Origin: an uncultured Verrucomicrobiae bacterium | GTDB lineage: Bacteria; Verrucomicrobiota; Verrucomicrobiia; Chthoniobacterales; JAFAMB01 | Direction of reading: 5' to 3' | Assembly: GCA_963782115.1 (NCBI GenBank) | Contig: CAWAIK010000001.1 | Coordinates: 32,001 to 96,000 of the forward strand | DNA length: 64,000 nucleotides | Shown: piece after piece, positions 1 to 9,486 of the stretch | How the letters are laid out: each line of letters starts with the position of its first letter | How positions within the stretch are numbered: position 1 is the stretch's first letter | Notes under the pieces: generated by a model | What the model saw: the letters and a program-made list of their open reading frames with translations, nothing else | Database searches by the model: none | Told to the model about the DNA's origin: nothing | Program-made: the position numbers and the translations under genes

Positions 1-256
1 TTTCATCGGCTCGTAGGTGCTCAGCGTGAATAGGAGCATGACGGAACACCTGAGAATTCGGATCAACGCATTCCTGTGCGGTTCTCTCTTTTAGCGTGAT
101 AAATCCTCTGAAAAAGTCAGCCGGATTGGGATTGGAGAACTCAATTTGTCGAAAAATTTCAGTAAGAAACGCGACCGGTGCCCACGCTATCGACCCACGG
201 GCGAGGAATGGCTGGCCGTTCGGGATAGGTTCGAGGAAGTCAATCAAGCCCTCCAC
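1..256 (-). CDS. Putative toxin partner of the Panacea antitoxin (partial, runs off the left edge; possibly MazF/PemK-like)
   Basis: Hand-translated ORF not in the track. Its GTG shares a base with the Panacea TAG stop (TAGTG) and it stays open to the window edge: MEGLIDFLEPIPNGQPFLARGSIAWAPVAFLTEIF...FRHAPIHAEHLRADE. Confidence 0.55.
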   Translation of the reverse strand, partial: MEGLIDFLEPIPNGQPFLARGSIAWAPVAFLTEIFRQIEFSNPNPADFFRGFITLKERTAQECVDPNSQVFRHAPIHAEHLRADE

Positions 257-936
257 TAGCCAGGCCCTTCCAACGGAGGCGACACGTCGTTGTCCTCCTC
301 TAACCGCTTGAGGTCCTCTAAATCACTTTCATCCAAATTGAGATGCCAAGCCGCGCGAGAGTGAACCCTAGCTTCTCGCCGATGCCTGATTTGGGAAAGG
401 ACAGCCTGCCGTTTCTCCTTTGAAATGATCGTCGAAAAATCACGGATCGCCTCTGCTCTTGATTCAGTAGCGGAGGTAATCTGGCTGAAATCGAGCGGCC
501 CTGAGCGTTGCGCAGTAAGCATGGGCGCAGTTTCGAAGTAGATATGATCAAGGAGCAAATTCAGATCAATGGCTGCCCATTTCTTATAAACGGTTTGCAC
601 GATTCCCCGCACTTCTGGTGCAGCCTTCTCTAAAGGGTCTCCTCTGAATGAAGAAATCGAATATCTTCGGAATGAGCGTCCGTCTTCCAAGTCGTCCAGC
701 TCCGCGACGGTCACCCCGGGGGCGCGATTGACGACGTCAATTAGTTCGGCAGAATATGGGCCATAATGATAAAAAACCCAAGCTGCTCCAGTCAGCGTTT
801 CACGCTTCCATTTGAAGTACTCGCAATCTATGAGGTAAAGAAGCTTGACTAGCCTGGTTGTCCCAATCTGAAGGTGGTCGCGTTCCGCGCGGCTCAGGAG
901 GCTGTAGGCAACGTCGCTTACAATTCGGTCATTCAT
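256..936 (-). CDS. Panacea domain (DUF4065/SocA-like) antitoxin
   Basis: Motifs TRLVKLLYLID and WVFYHYGPYS are typical of DUF4065. Confidence 0.8.
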   Translation of the reverse strand: MNDRIVSDVAYSLLSRAERDHLQIGTTRLVKLLYLIDCEYFKWKRETLTGAAWVFYHYGPYSAELIDVVNRAPGVTVAELDDLEDGRSFRRYSISSFRGDPLEKAAPEVRGIVQTVYKKWAAIDLNLLLDHIYFETAPMLTAQRSGPLDFSQITSATESRAEAIRDFSTIISKEKRQAVLSQIRHRREARVHSRAAWHLNLDESDLEDLKRLEEDNDVSPPLEGPG

Positions 937-1440
937 TCACAAAAGGAGGTGATCGGCGCACCTCGTCACGCAATTAAGCAGAAAACTCCCAATTGAACCA
1001 GATAAAGGCCAAGGGGCTCCTCGTGATCAGCGCTTCTTCGATGGCGTTGAGCGCTTCGATAGTCGGTTGAACCGTTTGTCGCTTCGAGAGTCAAAGCATC
1101 TCCAGGACCAGCGGCAACATAAGCCGATTGTCTCTGACAAACCTCCTTGCATTAAAGCTTGGCGGAACAGGCGAAACTGTGGACCGGTGTTCCGCGACTC
1201 CAGCGCTATTGCCGCGCGGTTGGTCGTGTTGTTAAAAGAGAGTCGAGATTGCTCGACTCGTACTTTCCGAACTTAGGACTGTCCGTAGCAAACTTTCCCG
1301 GTTCGGTCCACAAAGGCCGCCGCAACCAGTGCTCCAGTATTGACGCCATATTGACAGATACAAGGTCTTTTTGCTGCGCTTTCGTTCGCATCCCAACGCT
1401 TTGTTTCCTACGTAAGTTGCTTGATCGTAGGCACATCCTT

Positions 1441-1480
1441 GGTTTTGCAAACCGCGGCCTTACCACTTGGCTACCCCGCC
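1441..1480 (-). tRNA. 5' fragment of tRNA-Cys(GCA), truncated after the anticodon loop (att-like scar, not a functional tRNA)
   Basis: Reverse complement reads GGCGGGG TA GCC AAGTGGTAA GGC C GCGGT TT-GCA-AA ACC, then unrelated sequence. No T-arm or 3' acceptor strand follows. Confidence 0.8.
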
Positions 1481-1587
1481 GAACCAGGCTTCCAGACTTG
1501 ATTCGCTGGCTTTCTATCGTTTTCGTTCTGTCTCTCGTTGCCAATTTTCCAAAACTTTTCGAATATCACCGCATCTCAGGGCGAGAA

Positions 1588-1790
1588 TTGCGAATAGTCC
1601 CGTACAACGGAAACAGGGCATACAAGTACTATCTGGATGGCTACAAAGTCAACGGCAAGCGAAAGCGGCTATTCTTTAAGGACATTGCCGCGGCCAATCG
1701 GAAACTCGCCGAGCTTGCAAAGCGGCAGAAAAAGGAGGGCCAGGATGGCCTCGATATTTCTGGGGAGCTGAGGGTCATGGCGGTTACCCG
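1588..1790 (+). pseudogene. N-terminal remnant of a tyrosine integrase-like gene
   Basis: LRIVPYNGNRAYKYYLDGYKVNGKRKRLFFKDIAAA resembles an arm-binding N-terminus. It lies next to the tRNA fragment and breaks off into unrelated sequence. Confidence 0.5.
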
Positions 1791-1832
1791 ACGCGGTGCG
1801 CCAGAAGAAAAGCTTCGGCTTGGCTCCGGGAT

Positions 1833-2115
1833 GTGATTGCCGACGTGCACGCGCTCGCGCGCCGCGAACTGGCCGAGCGCCGTATCGAAGTCCGCACCGA
1901 ACTGCCCGAAGACCTGCCGGGCGTGTTCGGCGACCGCGTCCAGCTCCAGCAGGTGCTGCTGAAGCTGGTGATGAACGGCATCGAGGCGATGAGCGGCATG
2001 GCCGGAGAGCTGCGCGTCCTGACGATTGGCGGCCAGCGAGACGAACTCGCCGACCAGCCGGTCGTGCGGATCTTGGTGCAGGATTTGGGCAGCGGCATCG
2101 AACCTGAAAACATGG
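1833..2115 (+). pseudogene. Histidine kinase HATPase_c fragment
   Basis: GDRVQLQQVLLKLVMNGIEAM (N-box) and VQDLGSGI (G1 box). No H-box or G2 box. Visibly GC-richer than the flanks. Confidence 0.75.
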
Positions 2116-2377
2116 CGCTTTACGGCTGCGGGCGCGAGTATTCTTCTCGAACACCCAGAGAACCAGGTTCTCGACCAAGTCGGCGAATCCGAGTTTCTGT
2201 GGCTCTGTAAAGCTGTTTGCCATAAGCCATGCTCCAGTACTCCGGAAGTAAAAAAATTCCTTACAGCTCGGCCGCCTCGCGGATGTGCGACCTGATATGC
2301 CGACTCCACGCCAGTAAGTTTCTTCGAGCCGTCGGCATTCCGTTTGATCAGAAAGGACCGGAGGCCCATTTGAGTGA

Positions 2378-2516
2378 CTCGCAAAATGCGAGCCGTTTTC
2401 CGATGGAAACTCGCGAGGTGCGAGTGTTATCGAATGCCAGGACCTGCCGTCCTCCTTGCAAGTAGCTGATAATCAGCCTCTTTCGTGATTTGCAGTTTTG
2501 TGGCATGGGCTTCGCT
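2378..2516 (+). promoter_or_regulatory. Putative sigma54 (-24/-12) promoter with upstream palindromic activator site
   Basis: TGGCATGGGCTTCGCT at 2501-2516 (GG-N10-GC). Palindrome CTCGCA-AAA-TGCGAG at 2378-2392, about 110 bp upstream. Confidence 0.55.
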
Positions 2517-2635
2517 TTAGGGAGCGTCCTGCAATTCAACATTAAAATGGACGGCGTCACAGGAAATATGGGCCTTCCTCCGGGTCTGGAGGAGCGTACC
2601 TGTTTGGTTTGTCCGTATTCGATAGGATCGGAGCC

Positions 2636-4447
2636 ATGAAAAGGCGGATCCTTCTTTGGTTTTGCCCGATCCTTATTCTTTTTCTCGGGGTCGGCTTGTA
2701 CGCAGTCTTGCTGTTCAATCGACTCGGCGGTTCGATCAACGTGATTCTGCGGGAGAATTACGAGAGCGTGCTCGCTGGCCAGCAGATGAAAGAAAGCTCG
2801 GAACGAATGGATTCGGGCCTTTCATTTGCCTTGGCTGGTGAAGAGAAAAGGGGGCGCGATCTCTTCAACGAGAATGTTCCGGTTTTCCAGGAAAGTCTTA
2901 AAAAGGAACTGAACAATATCACGCTCCCTGGGGAGGGGGAAACAGCCGATAAAATCAGGGAGGCCGAAAGTCGATACCAGGCACTGGCGCGAAGTTTCTG
3001 GGAGGCGTCCGATCCGGATAGCCGCCGCAAGATGTATTTCTCTGCGCTTTTGCCGCTGTTCACCGAGATAAAAAACAACGCTCAGGAAATCATTCGCATG
3101 AACCAGGAAAACATGGTGCAGGCGGATCATCGTGCCAAGACCCTGAGCGCCGATTCCACCCGCGCCATGGTGCTTCTGCTGGTGCTTGGCGTCGCGCTGG
3201 CCATCTCGCTCGGGTACGGATTGCAACGAGCCATTCTTAAACCGATTCAGACCTTGACCAGAGTCTCTAAGGAGTTGGGTGAAGGCAAGCTGGATCAGGT
3301 AGTTCCTGTGGAGTCCAGCGATGAACTCGGACAGCTGGCCGACGCATTTAATAAACTCGCTGCAAGATTGCGAGCTTACCGCCAGACCACAACGGACCAG
3401 TTATCGCAGGCCCGCCATATGACGGAGATCACCTTCTCGGCGTTTCCCGATGCAATCCTGGCGCTCTCCCTGGATGGCAAAATCAATTTTGCCAACCCGG
3501 CGGCCGGGAAGCTTCTCCAGAAGCTGAACGGTGAGCATGGGCTCCCGCTGGCGATTCAGGATGAGGTTGGAAACGTGCTGAAGGGTGCCCCGGATTGTGT
3601 GCCGACAAGCTTTGAAAAGGCAATCCCGGTGCGGATTGATGATCATGAGGCCTTCCTTCTGCCGAAAGTCATCGGAATGCGCGACGAGTCAGGGAATATG
3701 TTCGGAGCAGCCCTGGTTTTGCAGGATGTTACTCGTTTCCGTCTGATGGACGAGGTGAAGACGAATCTGGTCTCGACCGTTAGCCACGAGCTGAAAACCC
3801 CACTGACGAGCATACGCATGGGACTTCACCTGTTGCTGGAGGAGAGAATCGGCCCGCTCAACGCAAAACAGCTCGAATTGTTGCTGGCGGCGCGGGAAGA
3901 CTCGGAACGTCTTCTGCGGATGATCAATGATCTCCTGGATTTGGCACGCCTGGAATCAGGCCAAACGCGACAGCGGCTCGAGACCGTCTCACCGCAAACC
4001 CTCGTCGACGATGCCTTGCCAAACCTGCGATCGCTGGTGGAAGCGCACGACTCGCGATTGGTGGCGGAGGTTGCGCCGGGCCTTCCGGAAGTCACGGTAG
4101 ATGCTCGCCAGATAAATCACGTATTTTCCAATTTTGTCTCGAATGCCGCCAGGTTCACGAAGGCAGGTGAAGAGATCGTACTATCGGTGAAACCAGTCGG
4201 CAAAACTGTTCGTTTCTCGGTTCTCGATCATGGACCGGGTATTCCAAAGGAGTTTCAAGCACGCGTTTTTGAACGGTTTTTCCGGATACCCGGGACCGAA
4301 GAATCAAATGGAGTCGGACTTGGGCTGGCCATCGCTAAGGAAATCGTCGCTTCGCACGGCGGAAGCATCGGCCTTCACAGCACACCGGGTGAGGGAACTG
4401 AGTTTTACTTCGATCTTCCGGTGATCAGAAAAAAACCAATGGAATGA
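2636..4447 (+). CDS. Membrane sensor histidine kinase (periplasmic domain, HAMP, PAS-like, HisKA, HATPase); probable kinase half of a split KdpD system
   Basis: Two TM helices, HAMP (DELGQLADAFN), H-box VSHELKTPLTS, DHGPGIP and GVGLGLAI. Directly upstream of kdp. ATG 2636 preferred over TTG 2609. Confidence 0.88.
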   Translation: MKRRILLWFCPILILFLGVGLYAVLLFNRLGGSINVILRENYESVLAGQQMKESSERMDSGLSFALAGEEKRGRDLFNENVPVFQESLKKELNNITLPGEGETADKIREAESRYQALARSFWEASDPDSRRKMYFSALLPLFTEIKNNAQEIIRMNQENMVQADHRAKTLSADSTRAMVLLLVLGVALAISLGYGLQRAILKPIQTLTRVSKELGEGKLDQVVPVESSDELGQLADAFNKLAARLRAYRQTTTDQLSQARHMTEITFSAFPDAILALSLDGKINFANPAAGKLLQKLNGEHGLPLAIQDEVGNVLKGAPDCVPTSFEKAIPVRIDDHEAFLLPKVIGMRDESGNMFGAALVLQDVTRFRLMDEVKTNLVSTVSHELKTPLTSIRMGLHLLLEERIGPLNAKQLELLLAAREDSERLLRMINDLLDLARLESGQTRQRLETVSPQTLVDDALPNLRSLVEAHDSRLVAEVAPGLPEVTVDARQINHVFSNFVSNAARFTKAGEEIVLSVKPVGKTVRFSVLDHGPGIPKEFQARVFERFFRIPGTEESNGVGLGLAIAKEIVASHGGSIGLHSTPGEGTEFYFDLPVIRKKPME

Positions 4448-4451
4448 AGAC

Positions 4452-4595
4452 GTGAATGCCCGAATTCTGGTCGTTGATGATGAGATCAAAGTGCGGCTGA
4501 ACTATCGGATCACTCTCGAAACGGAGGGGTTTGAGATATTTGAACTGCAAAATTTCGGCTCGAGCTCGGAGCCTTTCAATCTTGGAGGAACCTAA
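4452..4595 (+). pseudogene. Truncated response-regulator receiver domain
   Basis: Hand translation VNARILVVDDEIKVRLNYRITLETEGFEIFE..., stopping after 47 aa, before the phospho-acceptor Asp. Confidence 0.75.
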
Positions 4596-4609
4596 CATCA
4601 TAAAATCGC

Positions 4610-4693
4610 ATGACTGACATTATCTATATCGTCGTAACCATTTTGACCGCAGGGATCCTGTTCCTGTTTACCTGGTCCTGCAGCAAAATCTAA
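4610..4693 (+). CDS. 27-aa single-TM peptide upstream of kdpF (Kdp accessory-like)
   Basis: Hand translation MTDIIYIVVTILTAGILFLFTWSCSKI, lying between the receiver remnant and kdpF. Confidence 0.6.
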   Translation: MTDIIYIVVTILTAGILFLFTWSCSKI

Positions 4694-4707
4694 GAACCAC
4701 CTGAGTT

Positions 4708-4791
4708 ATGGAAAACATCATTGTCGGCATCGTGTCCGTTGGACTCATTATCTATCTCCTTGTTACAATTCTGCGCCCGGAGAAGTTCTAA
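4708..4791 (+). CDS. kdpF: K+-transporting ATPase subunit F
   Basis: MENIIVGIVSVGLIIYLLVTILRPEKF with the diagnostic YL...RPEKF end, directly before kdpA. Confidence 0.9.
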   Translation: MENIIVGIVSVGLIIYLLVTILRPEKF

Positions 4792-4822
4792 TTCTCTCGT
4801 TGGCAACTATTAAAAAACACCT

Positions 4823-6634
4823 ATGAACCTATCAGGTTGGTTTCAGTTGGCACTTTATATTGTGGTGCTCGTTCTCATCACCAAGCCCCTCGGTATTTAT
4901 CTTTGCCAGGTGCTGGACGCAAACGGGAAGACATTCCTGGACCCGGTGATCAAGCCATTTGAGCGGTTAACTTACCGCGTCTTCGGCGTGGATCCCGAAA
5001 AGGAGCAGGGCTGGATTCTCTACACCATCGCCATGCTGACATTCGAGTTGGTGACGGTGCTTCTGACCTACTTAATCCTCCGCTTCCAGAACTTTCTGCC
5101 GCTCAATCCGCAGGGCCGGGCTGGGGTTACGGACCACCTGGCATTTAACACCGCTTGGAGTTTCGCAACCAACACCAACTGGCAAAGCTATGGCGGGGAA
5201 TCGACGATGAGTTATCTGTCGCAAATGCTGGCGCTGGCGTCGCATAACTTTTTCTCGGCGGCCATCGGTATCGCCATCGCCGCGGCGGTGGTTCGGGGGA
5301 TTGCGCGGCACTCCACCAAGACGATCGGTAATTTCTGGGTGGACCTGGTGCGAATTAACTATTATCTGCTTCTTCCGATCAGCATCGTTTACGCGATTTT
5401 CCTGGTCGCTCAGGGTGTGCCACAGAACTTCAAGCCGTACGACACGGCCAAAGTCGTGGAGGTCCAAACCGTCCAGGTGCCGAAGAAAGACGACGCCGGA
5501 AACACGATCAAAGACGCCAAGGGGAACGTGGTCATGGTCGACCAAAAGGTAGATTCGCAAAGCATTGTGGAGGGACCAATCGCATCGCAGATGGCGATCA
5601 AGATGCTCGGAACCAACGGCGGTGGATATACCAACGCGAACGCAGCTCATCCCTTTGAGAATCCGACGCCACTCTCGAACTTTATCCAGATGCTCTCGAT
5701 TTTTGCGATCCCGAGCGCCTTAACCTACTACCTTGGGAGGATGGTTAAAAACCAGAGACATGGATGGAGCGTTTGGACCGCGATGGCCATCGTCTTCGTG
5801 GCCGGCGCTCTTGTTTGTTGGGGAGCGGAGGCTGCAGGAAATCCGATCGTGCATCATCTGGGAGTCGATCGCGGCGGTGGCAACATGGAAGGCAAAGAAG
5901 TTCGATTCGGCATTTTTGGCTCTGCGTTGTTCGCGACCATCACCACCGACGCTTCCTGCGGTGCCGTCAACGCGATGCACGATTCTTTTACTCCGCTCGG
6001 CGGGTTTGTCCCCCTATTCAACATCCAAATGGGAGAGATCATCTTTGGCGGAGTCGGTTCCGGTCTTTACGGAATGGTGCTATTTATCGTGCTGGCGGTC
6101 TTCATCGCCGGCCTGATGGTGGGCCGTACGCCGGAGTATCTGGGGAAAAAGATTGAGTCCTACGATGTCAAAGTCGCTTCGATCGCGATTCTGCTCATGG
6201 CGTTTTCGATTCTGGGTTTTTCTGGTTGGGCCGCCCTCACGCCTTGGGGCCAGGCAGGGACCAACAACAGCGGTCCCCACGGTCTCAGCGAGATCTTTTA
6301 TGCCTACAGCTCATGCACTGGTAATAACGGCAGCGCATTCGCCGGTCTGACGGCGAATCCGACTAATAACGATCCTCACTATGATATTACCTTGGCCTTC
6401 GCAACGATTATCGGCCGATTTGGAATGATCGTGCCGGTGATGGCATTGGCCGGTTCATTGGGGCGAAAAAAACTGGTTGCTACCGGTGCCGGTACCTTCC
6501 CCGTGACCGGGGCGCTGTTTGTCACCTTGCTGATCGGAACGATTCTGCTGGTCGGTGCCTTAACCTTCCTACCCGGGTTAACCCTCACGCCAATTCTAGA
6601 GCATTTCATGATGCTAAACGGAAAACTGTTTTGA
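4823..6634 (+). CDS. kdpA: K+-transporting ATPase subunit A
   Basis: TNTNWQSYGGE, KMLGTNGGG, AHPFENPT, SCGAVNAMHDS and NNGSAFAGL motifs. Confidence 0.98.
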   Translation: MNLSGWFQLALYIVVLVLITKPLGIYLCQVLDANGKTFLDPVIKPFERLTYRVFGVDPEKEQGWILYTIAMLTFELVTVLLTYLILRFQNFLPLNPQGRAGVTDHLAFNTAWSFATNTNWQSYGGESTMSYLSQMLALASHNFFSAAIGIAIAAAVVRGIARHSTKTIGNFWVDLVRINYYLLLPISIVYAIFLVAQGVPQNFKPYDTAKVVEVQTVQVPKKDDAGNTIKDAKGNVVMVDQKVDSQSIVEGPIASQMAIKMLGTNGGGYTNANAAHPFENPTPLSNFIQMLSIFAIPSALTYYLGRMVKNQRHGWSVWTAMAIVFVAGALVCWGAEAAGNPIVHHLGVDRGGGNMEGKEVRFGIFGSALFATITTDASCGAVNAMHDSFTPLGGFVPLFNIQMGEIIFGGVGSGLYGMVLFIVLAVFIAGLMVGRTPEYLGKKIESYDVKVASIAILLMAFSILGFSGWAALTPWGQAGTNNSGPHGLSEIFYAYSSCTGNNGSAFAGLTANPTNNDPHYDITLAFATIIGRFGMIVPVMALAGSLGRKKLVATGAGTFPVTGALFVTLLIGTILLVGALTFLPGLTLTPILEHFMMLNGKLF

Positions 6635-6670
6635 GCGACAAAACCTAACAACCGACACTGACACTCTAAT

Positions 6671-8689
6671 ATGGCTGCTAAAGCTCACTCAATTTTTGAT
6701 CCGGCGATTATCGGGCCGGCAATCGGGGATTCGTTCAAAAAGCTGAATCCGCTAACTCTGGCCAGGAACCCGGTGATGTTTGTGACCGAGGTGGGAGCCC
6801 TGATCACCACGATGCTTCTGGTCACCGGGCATGCCTCTCATTTCGGATTCCAAATCCAAATCGCGCTCTGGCTTTGGTTTACGGTGCTGTTTGCAAACTT
6901 TGCGGAAGCCATGGCCGAAGGACGAGGTAAAGCTCAGGCGAAAGCTTTGCGGGCGACACGGACAGATACCTTTGCCAATCGCCTGAAATCGGACGGAACC
7001 GTCGAAGAAGTTGCCGCAAATTCGCTACGGAAAGGCGACGTCGTGGTGGTTTCTGCCGGCGAACTCATTCCCGGGGACGGCGAAGTGATCGACGGAGCGG
7101 CGACTGTCGACGAGTCGGCGATTACGGGTGAATCTGCGCCGGTGATCCGCGAGTCCGGCGGCGATCGGAGTGCGGTGACCGGCGGGACGAAAGTCTTGTC
7201 TGATATCATAAAGATTGAGATTACATCGAACCCGGGTGAGACCTTTCTGGATCGCATGATCACTCTGGTCGAAGGTGCGTCGCGCCAGAAAACTCCCAAC
7301 GAGATCGCTCTCACCATCCTGCTTTCGGCGCTGACGTTAATCTTTCTGATCGCGATGATGTCGCTCAAGGCCTTTGGCATCGCCTCTTCGGTTGACTTTA
7401 CGATCCCGGTCCTGGTTGCCCTTTTGGTTTGTTTGATACCGACGACTATCGGCGGATTGCTCAGCGCGATCGGTATCGCCGGCATTGATCGTCTCGTTCA
7501 GAAAAACGTCCTCGCAATGAGCGGCCGTTCGGTGGAAGCGGCGGGAGACGTCGATGTGCTGTTCCTCGACAAGACGGGGACAATCACGATCGGTAACCGT
7601 CAGGCCACCGCCTTCCTTCCCGCTCCAGGAGTGACCAAAGAGCAATTGGCGGACGCTGCGCAACTTGCCTCCCTCGCCGACGAAACTCCAGAGGGTCGGT
7701 CCGTAGTGGTTCTGGCGAAAGACTTTGGTATTCGAGCTCGGGAATTTGGCGAGATGCCTAAGGTGACTTTCGTCCCTTTCACGGCTCAAACCCGGATGAG
7801 TGGTGTCGACCTGGACGGCTTGAGTTACCGGAAAGGATCTGCGGACGCGATTCGCGGCTATGTCGGTGGTAAGATGCCGGGGCCTGTCGAGACGGACGTT
7901 AAGGCGATCTCCAATTCCGGTGGCACACCATTAGTCGTTGCAACACGGGAAAAAGTCCTCGGCACGATCCAGCTCAAGGACATCGTGAAAGGCGGCCTGG
8001 CAGACCGCTTTGAGCGGTTCCGGGCCATGGGAATCCGAACCGTGATGATTACAGGGGACAACCCATTAACCGCCGCTGCGATCGCCAAGGAAGCAGGGGT
8101 GGATGACTTCCTGGCCGAGGCGAAGCCGGAAGACAAGCTCGCGCTGTGCCGAAAAGAGCAACAAACCGGGCACCTTGTTGCCATGACGGGAGACGGGACA
8201 AATGATGCCCCTGCCTTGGCCCAAGCCGACGTCGGTGTGGCAATGAACACCGGCACTCAAGCGGCGAAAGAGGCCGGGAACATGGTCGATCTCGATTCAA
8301 ATCCGACCAAACTGATCGAAATCGTGGAGATCGGGAAGCAATTGCTCATCACGCGTGGTGCGCTCACCACGTTCAGCATCGCCAATGACGTTGCGAAATA
8401 CTTTGCGATTTTGCCCGCCATGCTGGTCGGCACTTTCCCGGAGATCTCTCCGCTGAACGTCATGTTCCTTAAGTCCCCCGAAAGCGCCATTTTAAGTGCC
8501 GTTATCTTTAACGCGGTGATCATCATCGCACTGGTTCCTCTGGCGCTAAAAGGAGTAAAATTCCGGCCGCTCGGTGCTGCCAAAATCCTGGCGAGAAATC
8601 TCCTTATTTATGGCTTGGGAGGAATCATCCTGCCGTTTATCGGAATCAAGCTGATCGACGTTTTAATCACGACCATTGGTCTTGCCTAA
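6671..8689 (+). CDS. kdpB: K+-transporting P-type ATPase subunit B
   Basis: [17 protein letters not shown] and [11 protein letters not shown] motifs. Confidence 0.98.
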   Translation: MAAKAHSIFDPAIIGPAIGDSFKKLNPLTLARNPVMFVTEVGALITTMLLVTGHASHFGFQIQIALWLWFTVLFANFAEAMAEGRGKAQAKALRATRTDTFANRLKSDGTVEEVAANSLRKGDVVVVSAGELIPGDGEVIDGAATVDESAITGESAPVIRESGGDRSAVTGGTKVLSDIIKIEITSNPGETFLDRMITLVEGASRQKTPNEIALTILLSALTLIFLIAMMSLKAFGIASSVDFTIPVLVALLVCLIPTTIGGLLSAIGIAGIDRLVQKNVLAMSGRSVEAAGDVDVLFLDKTGTITIGNRQATAFLPAPGVTKEQLADAAQLASLADETPEGRSVVVLAKDFGIRAREFGEMPKVTFVPFTAQTRMSGVDLDGLSYRKGSADAIRGYVGGKMPGPVETDVKAISNSGGTPLVVATREKVLGTIQLKDIVKGGLADRFERFRAMGIRTVMITGDNPLTAAAIAKEAGVDDFLAEAKPEDKLALCRKEQQTGHLVAMTGDGTNDAPALAQADVGVAMNTGTQAAKEAGNMVDLDSNPTKLIEIVEIGKQLLITRGALTTFSIANDVAKYFAILPAMLVGTFPEISPLNVMFLKSPESAILSAVIFNAVIIIALVPLALKGVKFRPLGAAKILARNLLIYGLGGIILPFIGIKLIDVLITTIGLA

Positions 8690-8706
8690 TCAGAAAAAAA
8701 TCCTTT

Positions 8707-9318
8707 ATGAAAACGTTTCTTAAAGAACTCTGGACGTCAATCGCGGCAACAATCGTGCTTTGTGTTGTTGTCAGCGGTCTCTATCCGGTCTTAATCTGGG
8801 GAGTTGGACAGGTTTTGTTTCCGCATCAGGCAAATGGTAGCTTGGTCGAGAACAATGGCCAGATTGTCGGCTCCGAACTGTTAGCTCAGGGGTTCAGCGG
8901 GGGGAGGTACTTTCATCCCAGACCGTCCGCAGCGGGAACCGGATATGATCCACTCAACTCTGGTGGCTCAAACTTGGGACCGACTTCGCAGAAGTTGATC
9001 GACGGAATCAAAGCGAATGTCGCCCAGTATCGGCAGGAAAATGGTTTGTCCGCGCAAACAGTCGTCCCGGCAGACGCCGTGACCGCGTCAGGAAGCGGCC
9101 TGGATCCCCATATTAGTCTTCAAAATGCCCAACTGCAGATTCCGCGTGTTGCCAAGGAACGAGGTCTGAGCGAGGAGGCGGTGCGCGGCGAAGTCACCAA
9201 GGCAACCGACAGTCCTCTGCTTGGTATCGGCGGTGATCCCGGGGTGAACGTGTTGAGAGTGAACCTGGCTCTGAACGCGCTCGCGCCAAAGGGCGCACTA
9301 GCACAAAAGAAGCCATAG
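8707..9318 (+). CDS. kdpC: K+-transporting ATPase subunit C
   Basis: YFHPRPSA, SGGSNLGPTS and VTASGSGLDPHIS motifs. Confidence 0.97.
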   Translation: MKTFLKELWTSIAATIVLCVVVSGLYPVLIWGVGQVLFPHQANGSLVENNGQIVGSELLAQGFSGGRYFHPRPSAAGTGYDPLNSGGSNLGPTSQKLIDGIKANVAQYRQENGLSAQTVVPADAVTASGSGLDPHISLQNAQLQIPRVAKERGLSEEAVRGEVTKATDSPLLGIGGDPGVNVLRVNLALNALAPKGALAQKKP

Positions 9319-9486
9319 TTTCGCGCATGCGGCGCGGTCGGCCTGTGCGGTCCGGCGGTTTCCGGACCGGCGGGCGAACCGTTTTCGCTCCTGGCCCTGA
9401 GCGTCAGCCCACGCGGATGCGGTGCAGATTACATCAAAAACAACTCAGGGAATTCGACATCATCAATTGTATATTCACCGGATCTT

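Noticed and set aside
941..955. AAAGGAGGTGATC as a 16S rRNA 3' end or a strong RBS
   Set aside because: No rRNA context and no start codon downstream; it is one arm of a local hairpin
1159..1836. 225-aa ORF as one real gene
   Set aside because: It runs through the tRNA fragment; only the part from ~1588 looks protein-like
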